56,055 nucleotides of DNA from a virus (Duplodnaviria > Caudoviricetes), in IMG/VR virus record IMGVR_UViG_3300030107_004870, positions 1 through 56,055 of that record. The stretch is one strand, 5' to 3'. How positions within the stretch are numbered: the stretch's first letter is position 1; each line of letters opens with the position of its first letter. Below are positions 1-7,204 of the stretch, one piece after another. The notes beneath the pieces were generated by a model. It made no database searches and was not told the origin of the DNA. It saw only the letters and a list, made by a program, of their open reading frames with translations. A program made the position numbers and the translations under genes.

Positions 1-405
1 GCATAGGATTTGGCTTGTGCCAGATAATATCTTGTCGCAAATACCAACCATCTTGCTGTAAAGCAAACGCTACTCGCCAAGGTATGCCAACTAGGTCTTT
101 AGATTTAAGACCTTCTACTTTATTATTCAAAGCTACTTTCTGTCCGCTTCTGCCTTCTTTATGTTTCGGGTCTGTATGGTTTCCTTTATTTCCTGTGCCA
201 CAATAACTATCACCTAAATTAAGCCAAACTGTGCCATCGTCTCGCAACACTCGTTTTACATCTCTAAACACTCGAACTAAGTTTTCAACAAACTTTTCTG
301 GCGTATCTTCCATGCCAAGTTGTCTATCTTTTCTGACTGCACCGCATTTAGGACAATTTTTTTTTGCTTGATGTCCAGCACTTGCTTTATTACTTTTTTG
401 CTTTT
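1..405. repeat. Imperfect terminal repeat, copy 1 (matches 55657-56055)
   Basis: 327-405 is identical to 55977-56055 (79 bp); the rest is similar apart from a non-homologous central block. Confidence 0.95.
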
Positions 406-586
406 CGCTTACAGGTCTTTCAAATCTTCCTACCAAGTGGTCGCAATTCTCATCTCCACCTTCCCATTCAGCAGTTCCATAATCTCTCAAACCCCAATAA
501 GGTGGGCTTGTGATACAAGTATTGATTGATTGGTCTGGTAATTCTTTTAACTTATCCAAGCAATTACCTTGCAAAATTTTAATCAA
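1..586 (-). CDS. DNA N4-cytosine/N6-adenine methyltransferase (beta class), 5' part, allele A; runs off window start
   Basis: Manual translation from TTG at 586: MIKILQGNCLDKLKELPDQSINTCITSPPYWGLRDY...WLNLGDSY...DGWYLRQDIIWHKPNPM; SPPY catalytic motif; start overlaps primase stop; absent from ORF track. Confidence 0.9.
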   Translation of the reverse strand, partial: MIKILQGNCLDKLKELPDQSINTCITSPPYWGLRDYGTAEWEGGDENCDHLVGRFERPVSEKQKSNKASAGHQAKKNCPKCGAVRKDRQLGMEDTPEKFVENLVRVFRDVKRVLRDDGTVWLNLGDSYCGTGNKGNHTDPKHKEGRSGQKVALNNKVEGLKSKDLVGIPWRVAFALQQDGWYLRQDIIWHKPNPM

Positions 587-2753
587 AACTACTTCCTAAA
601 CCAAACTCCGAATTACCATTCCCATTACCTAAGTCTGGTGCTTCATAATCTAAATCATAGACCTTCTTACCATTACTCCTTCTGGGCTCGATGCCTCTTT
701 CATGTAAGACCCTAGCAGCGTCTTTAAAGTCAGGCATCCTTGGATTTTTTATACCTAAGTCTCGAAGCAACTTCGTCATCTGCACCGGTGCGGTGTGTTC
801 GGAGTTAAAGTCACAGTGCTCTAGTAAAAGGTCTTCAACCGAGCTCTGTGTTCGGTATGCCTCATTGCTATCCTGAAGCATTTCCCTTTCGTCTGGCGAG
901 AGAAACCAATTCTTTTGACCTTCTACATACAAGGTCTCTTTTACCTCTGCCCAGAGCTGTTGCATGTCGATACCATGATTAAATTTAATCTCTTTGACAG
1001 ATAAGGTCCAAAACCTTCGGTTTCCAGAACTATCTGTTAAGAACTCTCTGGCGTTTACTGAAGCGTAAAACGCTGTTCTTCTTTGATAAGTAGTGAACGC
1101 CCGGTCATAAGGCAATCGGAGTTCATCTGTTTTAGAGGTCACAAAGGCTTTCAGCTGGTCAATATCTGACTTCTTAAAGGTAGACTCTATCTCTCCTAAT
1201 TCGACTATCCAATGGCTTACAGCTCGCTTTACTGAGTCTTTATCACTAGGATTAAGTGTTGCACCTTCCAACAGCCAACCTTTGTTGTAATCGCATAATC
1301 TTTTAAACCAAAGTGTTTTTCCTAGACCTTGTGCTCCTTGAAAGACCAAGATACCTTCTAGTTCGACACCATTGGACTCATATACCGCTGCCACACAACT
1401 AATTAACCATTTCTTGAGCAACATTTCTTTCAGAGCTTGTGGTGTCGTTGTGGAGACTGTGTCGAGAAAATCTTGCAGTCTGGAGGTACCATCCCATGCT
1501 TGACTGTCTATCCATTCCGCTACCGGATTATATTCTCTTGCCAAAACCTTGAGGTAATCTCTGACCCTAGTGTGCGGCACGCCAAGCTTGATACAGCGGT
1601 CTTCTATTTCTACGAGTGAAGCCTCTTCTTTCATGTCAGCGATAAACTTCATGTGTGGGATGTCTATTTCCATTCGTTTCTTAATTACATTGTATTGGAC
1701 ATCTATAGAGTGCGTATTGATTACCGCTTGCACATTGTCTTTGGTGTTGAGCATTCTGCCCTTTTCAGACCTTTCAAAATCAACTTCCACCGGTATGTCT
1801 AAGATATTGAGCGTAGGCATCAGCTCTCCAGCAACTTGCTTGTGGTCATTGTAATCGCCTTTGGAAGTAGGCATTCTTACCTCTGCCATGCCACCAGCCT
1901 TAGTAATTATTGAGCAAGCTTTAAGAGCTTCTTTTTCTCCGGTCTTGCTTTCGTCATTGTCCGCAATAAAAATGTGTTTCCTGTCGGACAGCGTCTCGAA
2001 AATACCTTCGGCAACAGCGGACAGATTGTAAGCGTCAAAACAAACAAAGACCGGTGCTTCCATGTCTCGATAAATACTCGCAGCGGTAGCATAGCCTTCG
2101 GCATAATAAACAGTGTCACTGCTTTTTAATATTTCTTGTCCAAGAATAAAAAAGCTGCCGCTTTTTTTAGAACCGGTCAGGAATTTCTTAGTACCATCAT
2201 CGTTGATAAATTGTAGACCTACCACAGCTAAAGAAGCATCCAAGAGAGGTATCATCAGAAGACCTTTATCGTCTATTTTTAAGCCATAGGACAGAACTTC
2301 TTTCTTCTCTAAGTAAGTGTGTCGTTCACATTCTTTTCCAGCCTCCCACATTGTCTGTGCTCGTTTTGCGGACTTAGAATATTTTTCTGCTTTCTTAATC
2401 TCGACATCTTTACGCAGATTTTCAATTTCTTCTCGTTCTGCCTTCGTCATTGTTTGACGTTTCTTATTCTCTGGCTTCCATATCGCTGTGGGCTGGTCCA
2501 TTGAAACTCTATAGTCTCCAACTCTTCCAAAAGGAACTCCTTGATTTAACCATAGCTGGTACCAGCCCGACAACTTTCTTTCGCCTCCGAGATTGATGTA
2601 AGCACGCCCTATTTCGCCACCAACCACCAACCCCCTTCTAGAGTCTGGCTCCATACCATGCTCAGACATGAAGGCTATGAAATCGTTTGTATAATCTGCG
2701 GTAAAAGGTCTGTCAAAATTTTTCTTATTAGGGCGTTTGATTTTTAATGACAT
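579..2753 (-). CDS. Primase-helicase (Toprim domain + VirE-type P-loop NTPase)
   Basis: Toprim motifs AEGYATA and IADND; Walker A GAQGLGKT; VirE-like WIVELGEI, RLPYDR, DSSGNRRF. Confidence 0.9.
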   Translation of the reverse strand: MSLKIKRPNKKNFDRPFTADYTNDFIAFMSEHGMEPDSRRGLVVGGEIGRAYINLGGERKLSGWYQLWLNQGVPFGRVGDYRVSMDQPTAIWKPENKKRQTMTKAEREEIENLRKDVEIKKAEKYSKSAKRAQTMWEAGKECERHTYLEKKEVLSYGLKIDDKGLLMIPLLDASLAVVGLQFINDDGTKKFLTGSKKSGSFFILGQEILKSSDTVYYAEGYATAASIYRDMEAPVFVCFDAYNLSAVAEGIFETLSDRKHIFIADNDESKTGEKEALKACSIITKAGGMAEVRMPTSKGDYNDHKQVAGELMPTLNILDIPVEVDFERSEKGRMLNTKDNVQAVINTHSIDVQYNVIKKRMEIDIPHMKFIADMKEEASLVEIEDRCIKLGVPHTRVRDYLKVLAREYNPVAEWIDSQAWDGTSRLQDFLDTVSTTTPQALKEMLLKKWLISCVAAVYESNGVELEGILVFQGAQGLGKTLWFKRLCDYNKGWLLEGATLNPSDKDSVKRAVSHWIVELGEIESTFKKSDIDQLKAFVTSKTDELRLPYDRAFTTYQRRTAFYASVNAREFLTDSSGNRRFWTLSVKEIKFNHGIDMQQLWAEVKETLYVEGQKNWFLSPDEREMLQDSNEAYRTQSSVEDLLLEHCDFNSEHTAPVQMTKLLRDLGIKNPRMPDFKDAARVLHERGIEPRRSNGKKVYDLDYEAPDLGNGNGNSEFGLGSSFD

Positions 2754-2774
2754 TCTGATTTGCTTCCTATATTT

Positions 2775-2798
2775 ATTTGTGTATAATCATACACAAAT
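2775..2798. promoter_or_regulatory. Inverted repeat (operator-like) between divergent primase and SSB genes
   Basis: ATTTGTGTAT-AATC-ATACACAAAT, a perfect 10-bp inverted repeat overlapping a TATAAT. Confidence 0.55.
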
Positions 2799-2870
2799 TT
2801 ATAAACCAATCAAGAGGGTACTTATGAAAAATAAAAGAAATGATAGTAAATATGGAGGAGGTAAAAGAAA

Positions 2871-3527
2871 ATGTCTCTAATATTAAGTAAAGAAGAGTCA
2901 AACTTTACTCCTATTGATGAAGGTCAATATGAGGGAGTTTGCTTCCGAGTCGTAGACTTGGGAACAAGGGAAGAGCAATGGAAAGATAGTCCACCTAAAA
3001 AAAGGACTATCTTACATGTCAGTTGGGAAATACAGGGCGACACCAAAATGGAAAATGGTGAGCCTTATGTTTTAGGTAAAACTTATACAGCATCGCTAAA
3101 TGAAAACTCTGCATTGTTTAAAGATTTAAAACTTTGGAGAGGCAAACCTTTTACTGATGATGAGCTTGCAGAGTTTGATGTATCAAAAATGATTGGTGCA
3201 CCAGCTATGTTGGTTGTTAAGCATACTGATGATAATAAAGCCAAGATTGCAGATTTATTCAGACCTGACGAATTTAAAATCAAACCAACTAAAAATGAAA
3301 GTTTGGTTTTTGATTTGACTGAATACTGCGAGGAAGCGTCTGGAGAATTGAAGTCTGACAAAATGACCAAAGCTTTTGATAATCTTCCAGAGTGGCAACA
3401 GGGCTTAATAAAAGAAAGTTTTGAATTTGAAGCAGCTGCTGATAATCGCTCTGATGATGATGATAGTCATAAACAAAGTTTGAAGGACATCGTTGATGCA
3501 GAAGTCGAAGATGATGTGCCATTCTAA
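2871..3527 (+). CDS. Putative phage single-stranded DNA-binding protein
   Basis: VVDLGT motif, acidic tail ending DDVPF, strong SD GGAGG, adjacent to exonuclease. Confidence 0.65.
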   Translation: MSLILSKEESNFTPIDEGQYEGVCFRVVDLGTREEQWKDSPPKKRTILHVSWEIQGDTKMENGEPYVLGKTYTASLNENSALFKDLKLWRGKPFTDDELAEFDVSKMIGAPAMLVVKHTDDNKAKIADLFRPDEFKIKPTKNESLVFDLTEYCEEASGELKSDKMTKAFDNLPEWQQGLIKESFEFEAAADNRSDDDDSHKQSLKDIVDAEVEDDVPF

Positions 3528-3537
3528 ATAACTTTAT

Positions 3538-3608
3538 GGAAGAGGGCGGGTCTATTGTTTTTTTTTGTTTCCAAAATCCTCCCCAAGCAATATGTTTGTC
3601 TTCTTCCA
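3538..3608 (+). promoter_or_regulatory. Long G-U-rich intergenic RNA hairpin with C-rich loop
   Basis: GGAAGAGGGCGGG..TATTGTTT pairs with AAGCAATA..TTTGTCTTCTTCC only on the + strand (G-U wobbles); loop contains ATCCTCCCC. Confidence 0.5.
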
Positions 3609-3619
3609 CCCATTAAGAT

Positions 3620-4393
3620 ATGAAATTTAAAAAAGGAATATACGAAAATTTACCATACGATGACTACGCTAAAATTGAAGCTTTTAGGTCTCATGATTTA
3701 ACCAGCATAGATAAGTGTGCTTATACATGGAAACATCAAAAAGGTTTACAACCAACACCAGCTTTATTAGAAGGCAGGGTTCAACATACTGTATTTTTAG
3801 AACATCATAACTTTGATAAAGAATTTGTTATTGAGCCTGATGTTGATAAAAGGACTACTACCGGGAAGCAAACCTATCGAGAATTTTTAGATGGCGTAGG
3901 CAACAGAACGCCAATAACTTCAGAGCTTTATGAGGTCTGCATGGATAGAAGAGATGTGGTAGCGGATTACATCCCAAGCAAATTAGACAAAGTAGAATTA
4001 ACATTGTGCTACGAGTGGTGCGGTCATCCTTTCAAGTCAAGACTTGATTGGTATGATGGGGAATTAGTTTGGGATTTAAAAACTTGTCGTGATGCTTCGC
4101 CAAGAGGATTTAAGAATGCTATTAATGGTTTTAGGTATCACATGCAAGCTGCATTATATGTTGAAGCATGCAGAGCTTTAGACCTTAGAGCCGATGGTTT
4201 TAATTTCTTAGCACAAGAAAAAGTACATCCTTATCCTTATGCCATATATTCTCTTTCTAAAGAAGCTTTAAAATATGCTGCATCAAGAAACGAAAGAGCA
4301 TTTCAAACTTTATTAAAATCTAAAAAAGAAAATAAATTTAAGCCTTATAACATTGAAGGCATACAGACAGTAGAGCTGGGAGATTTATGGTAA
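3620..4393 (+). CDS. RecE/exonuclease VIII-like PD-(D/E)xK nuclease (DUF3799-like)
   Basis: G-R-V-Q-H-T-V-F-L-E, KSRLD, WDLKT, YHMQAALY motifs. Confidence 0.85.
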   Translation: MKFKKGIYENLPYDDYAKIEAFRSHDLTSIDKCAYTWKHQKGLQPTPALLEGRVQHTVFLEHHNFDKEFVIEPDVDKRTTTGKQTYREFLDGVGNRTPITSELYEVCMDRRDVVADYIPSKLDKVELTLCYEWCGHPFKSRLDWYDGELVWDLKTCRDASPRGFKNAINGFRYHMQAALYVEACRALDLRADGFNFLAQEKVHPYPYAIYSLSKEALKYAASRNERAFQTLLKSKKENKFKPYNIEGIQTVELGDLW

Positions 4394-5110
4394 GCCACAA
4401 TCTATCAACCTTTTAACTCTGCTTTTATCATAAAGCCAAAAAACTAAAAGATAACGATTACCAAATTCAACCGGCAAGCCTCTGTGCATATTGGTAAAGC
4501 TGGGAAAGATTAAAGCGTGTCCTGATGGCAAAGGGCTAATACTGCCATAATTATGAAACTCTGTTCCTCCGCCCTTATAATCCCCGGTGTTGAGTGGTAC
4601 CACCACACTTATATCAGCAGATGCGTCATGATGCCAAGCACCTTGTTTTTTATCTTTTAAATTATAATTAGCTATTTGTATCGAGCTAATCCCATAGCAC
4701 TCTCTTTGCCAGATAGAATAAAATATTGGATTTAAAACAGACCGAACCACAAACCACATGTTCTCATAAATCTCAGGCATTTCTGTTTTCAAAACTATTT
4801 CTGGAATTTGTCTGAGCTCATCTTCATCTGGATTGACAGAAAAACCTTTTTTCTTATTATAATTTTCTATTTCGTTTACTAACAGTTTGCAAAACTTTCT
4901 TCTAAACAAAGGCACCTTGTATATGTCTGGATAAATCTTTGATAGATGTTTATGTATAAAATTTTTTTGCATTTTTTCTACACCGCCACCGGCTGCATGT
5001 TTAGCTAAGTCCGGCAAACTTTCTTGCACTGATTTATATAGTGGTTGTGAAATGTGCCAATGCGATTGCATGGCAAGTAAATAATTTTTAATTTTATATT
5101 GTTCGTTCAC
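4385..5110 (-). CDS. 2OG-Fe(II) oxygenase, lysyl-hydroxylase (PLOD/OGFOD2)-like
   Basis: HHD...DYKGGGTEF...HRGLPV...RYLLV; HxD..H iron triad plus 2OG-binding Arg; likely GTG start at 5110, 7 nt after TGTTAAAAT. Confidence 0.85.
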   Translation of the reverse strand: MNEQYKIKNYLLAMQSHWHISQPLYKSVQESLPDLAKHAAGGGVEKMQKNFIHKHLSKIYPDIYKVPLFRRKFCKLLVNEIENYNKKKGFSVNPDEDELRQIPEIVLKTEMPEIYENMWFVVRSVLNPIFYSIWQRECYGISSIQIANYNLKDKKQGAWHHDASADISVVVPLNTGDYKGGGTEFHNYGSISPLPSGHALIFPSFTNMHRGLPVEFGNRYLLVFWLYDKSRVKRLIDCGLP

Positions 5111-5128
5111 GAACAAGATTTTAACATG

Positions 5129-5300
5129 TACTAATCAGGTTTGACTCTTTTTTGAGCTAGTTTTGGTATAAGCTAACTCTTGATTAATTTTGCATTGGAT
5201 TTCAAAATCAGACTCTGGAAATTTATCCACAGCCTTCATTTCGTCCAAATGTTTCATTAATTCATTCATAATTTACTAATCAGGTTTGACTCTTTTTTGA
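5129..5300. repeat. 27-bp exact direct repeat (5129-5155 and 5274-5300)
   Basis: TACTAATCAGGTTTGACTCTTTTTTGA occurs twice, 145 bp apart. Confidence 0.95.
5135..5269 (-). CDS. Small hypothetical protein (44 aa)
   Basis: Manual ORF MNELMKHLDEMKAVDKFPESDFEIQCKINQELAYTKTSSKKSQT. Confidence 0.45.
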   Translation of the reverse strand: MNELMKHLDEMKAVDKFPESDFEIQCKINQELAYTKTSSKKSQT

Positions 5301-5398
5301 TAAATCTGTTCTTTCATGTAATCGTACATATCTTCACAGAATTTTTGTTTTTGCAGCTCTACCTCAGATTGAGATAGAGCTGCTTTTTTCTCAGACAT
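5276..5398 (-). CDS. Small hypothetical protein (40 aa)
   Basis: Manual ORF MSEKKAALSQSEVELQKQKFCEDMYDYMKEQIYQKRVKPD starting right after the upstream stop. Confidence 0.45.
   Translation of the reverse strand: MSEKKAALSQSEVELQKQKFCEDMYDYMKEQIYQKRVKPD
5353..5389 (+). terminator. Rho-independent terminator-like hairpin
   Basis: GCAGCTCTA...TAGAGCTGC followed by a T-run on the + strand. Confidence 0.5.
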
Positions 5399-5399
5399 A

Positions 5400-5822
5400 T
5401 TAGAAGCTTGGGTCTCTGTATTTTTCTTTCATACCGAAAACGATAGGATATTTATTCTTGTTATTAACCAAGACATAATTACCCTTTTCGTTTTTATAAA
5501 CTTCTTCGTAAACTCTGCCTTTGAGAACGCCATCTTCGTAGACATCAACCTCTCTAACATAGTAAACAGCACCATCAGGGTTTTCGCTATAAACGTATTC
5601 TTGACCTTCGCTTAGCATACTACCAGAGACTAATTTAGCATTGTCTTCTTGAAGCTTTAATATTCTGCTTAAAGCCTTTTTGCCAACTTTGAAATCAGCA
5701 ACAACAGATAATGGGTATCTGTCAGAATAAGCCATATAAGTTGCACCATCACCAACTTTTGGCTCATTGCCAAGCAGATAACCCTTTCTACTCATTAGCC
5801 TGTTTAGAACACTTCCACCCAT
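5400..5822 (-). CDS. Hypothetical early phage protein
   Basis: ORF with GDGAT..YSDRYP and C-terminal YRDPSF; ATG 5822 preceded by AGGAGGT. Confidence 0.8.
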   Translation of the reverse strand: MGGSVLNRLMSRKGYLLGNEPKVGDGATYMAYSDRYPLSVVADFKVGKKALSRILKLQEDNAKLVSGSMLSEGQEYVYSENPDGAVYYVREVDVYEDGVLKGRVYEEVYKNEKGNYVLVNNKNKYPIVFGMKEKYRDPSF

Positions 5823-6004
5823 GATTAACACCTCCTTTTATTTAGTTTTAAATTAATCATATAGTTATATTACACTATTTGTAATTATTTGCAACTATTT
5901 ACAAACATTTATTTTTATTTATTTATGTATAAATAGTTGTACATTTGTGCAAAAACATGTAATATGTATATGTAATGATTAAATATAAAAAGGAGGAAAA
6001 ATGA
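5820..6004. promoter_or_regulatory. Back-to-back early sigma70-type promoters with AUG-starting leaders
   Basis: Minus: TTGCAA-16-TAATAT-AACTAT-ATGATTAA; plus: TTGTAC-17-TAATAT; both followed by AGGAGG. Confidence 0.8.
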
Positions 6005-6156
6005 GTGTTGCCACTTTAAATGAGTCTCTTGCTGTGTACGACAGAATGTTCGATGAGCAAGATAGAAGAGAGTATTTTGTGGCTATAGAAAATTTGTTCT
6101 TATACACTTGTTTAGTCACTACTATTGGTTGTCTTTACTTTTACTTAAACTTTTAA
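6001..6156 (+). CDS. Small protein with C-terminal hydrophobic segment (51 aa)
   Basis: Manual ORF MSVATLNESLAVYDRMF...TTIGCLYFYLNF with SD AGGAGG. Confidence 0.65.
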   Translation: MSVATLNESLAVYDRMFDEQDRREYFVAIENLFLYTCLVTTIGCLYFYLNF

Positions 6157-6166
6157 AGGAGGAGCC

Positions 6167-6487
6167 ATGAAGCTCATAACTAAAGAGATAGAGAAAAAAC
6201 TATCTAAAAACAAAGGCGATGGTCAGGACAAGCCATACCTAAAATTGTTCAGCCCGACAGGTGGTTCCACTTGGCTTATCACTAAAAAAGATGGCGACCT
6301 TTTGTTTGGTCTTTGCGACTTAGGACAAGGCTGCCCGGAAGTAGGTTATGTAAGTCTCAAAGAGCTTGAAGCCATCAAGCTGCCTTACAATTTAAAAATT
6401 GAAAGAGATAAGTGGTTTGAGCCAAAGATGAGTCTTTCAGAATATGCTGACAAAGCTAGAGCTGAGGGAGGTATCTATGCTTACTAA
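6167..6487 (+). CDS. DUF2958-like protein
   Basis: KLFSPTGGSTWLIT...LFGLCDLGQGCPEVGYVSLKEL...IERD signature. Confidence 0.8.
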   Translation: MKLITKEIEKKLSKNKGDGQDKPYLKLFSPTGGSTWLITKKDGDLLFGLCDLGQGCPEVGYVSLKELEAIKLPYNLKIERDKWFEPKMSLSEYADKARAEGGIYAY

Positions 6488-6737
6488 GAAAACATCAGAT
6501 GCTGTCATTAAAGAAATAGTTCCCAAACTATTAGAAGCTGTAAAGCAAACTGCTTTTGTCAAAGATTATAAAGCCTCTGACGAGGAAGCTTTGGGTCTTA
6601 TTATTAGCAAGTATCTTAAATGGGATGGTGTCGCCATAAGCGAAGCATTTACCGAAGCTTTAGAAGATGCGAACTATCACAAATTAAATGAAAAAGTTAA
6701 AAATTTATTAGACATAGAGTTTAATAAAGAATTGTAA
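6477..6737 (+). CDS. Hypothetical protein
   Basis: ATG 6477 preceded by GGGAGGT; overlaps upstream gene. Confidence 0.7.
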   Translation: MLTKKTSDAVIKEIVPKLLEAVKQTAFVKDYKASDEEALGLIISKYLKWDGVAISEAFTEALEDANYHKLNEKVKNLLDIEFNKEL

Positions 6738-6770
6738 ATCTTTATATTTTTATATACAATGTACGACATT

Positions 6771-6935
6771 ATGGATGAAAATATACAAAATATTAAATAC
6801 CCAAAAGGCAGAAAAACTTTGGCTGTTGATGTAGACACTTATAATTTATTGCAAGACATTTGTAATAAACAAAGACGTTCAAAAATTGACCAATTAAAAA
6901 TATTAATTGAAAAAGCTCATAACGAACAAGTTTAA
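6771..6935 (+). CDS. Putative ribbon-helix-helix DNA-binding protein (54 aa)
   Basis: Manual ORF ...RKTLAVDVDTYNLLQDICNKQRRSKIDQLKILIE, a strand-helix-helix pattern. Confidence 0.55.
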   Translation: MDENIQNIKYPKGRKTLAVDVDTYNLLQDICNKQRRSKIDQLKILIEKAHNEQV

Positions 6936-6937
6936 TT

Positions 6938-7204
6938 ATGTTTGGTATTATAAAAAGAAAACCAAAAAATTTACCTGAGTCTTATGAGATAAAAGACCCG
7001 AAGGAAATTATTGATATATTTACTAAGCTAAACTTACATCATCAAGTAGCTTTACTTAGATTAATTTCAAGAAATATACTATTTGAAATTGATGATAAAA
7101 CTTTTATTGGTTTAGAGTTTGAATATGATGTGGATGGAGCTTTGATTAAAATTTCAAATAAGCTAGATTTTATTCCTTTAGACCAAACTTCCGATACCTT
7201 GTGA
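6938..7204 (+). CDS. Hypothetical protein
   Basis: ORF track; starts 2 nt after upstream stop. Confidence 0.65.
   Translation: MFGIIKRKPKNLPESYEIKDPKEIIDIFTKLNLHHQVALLRLISRNILFEIDDKTFIGLEFEYDVDGALIKISNKLDFIPLDQTSDTL

Noticed and set aside
1-405. Terminal repeat as a biological direct terminal repeat
   Set aside because: It lies inside a coding gene and is imperfect; the exact 79-bp end match looks like an assembler overlap of a circular contig
5129-5300. Mini-CRISPR array
   Set aside because: Only two repeats, 118 bp between them containing an ORF, and the repeat is not palindromic
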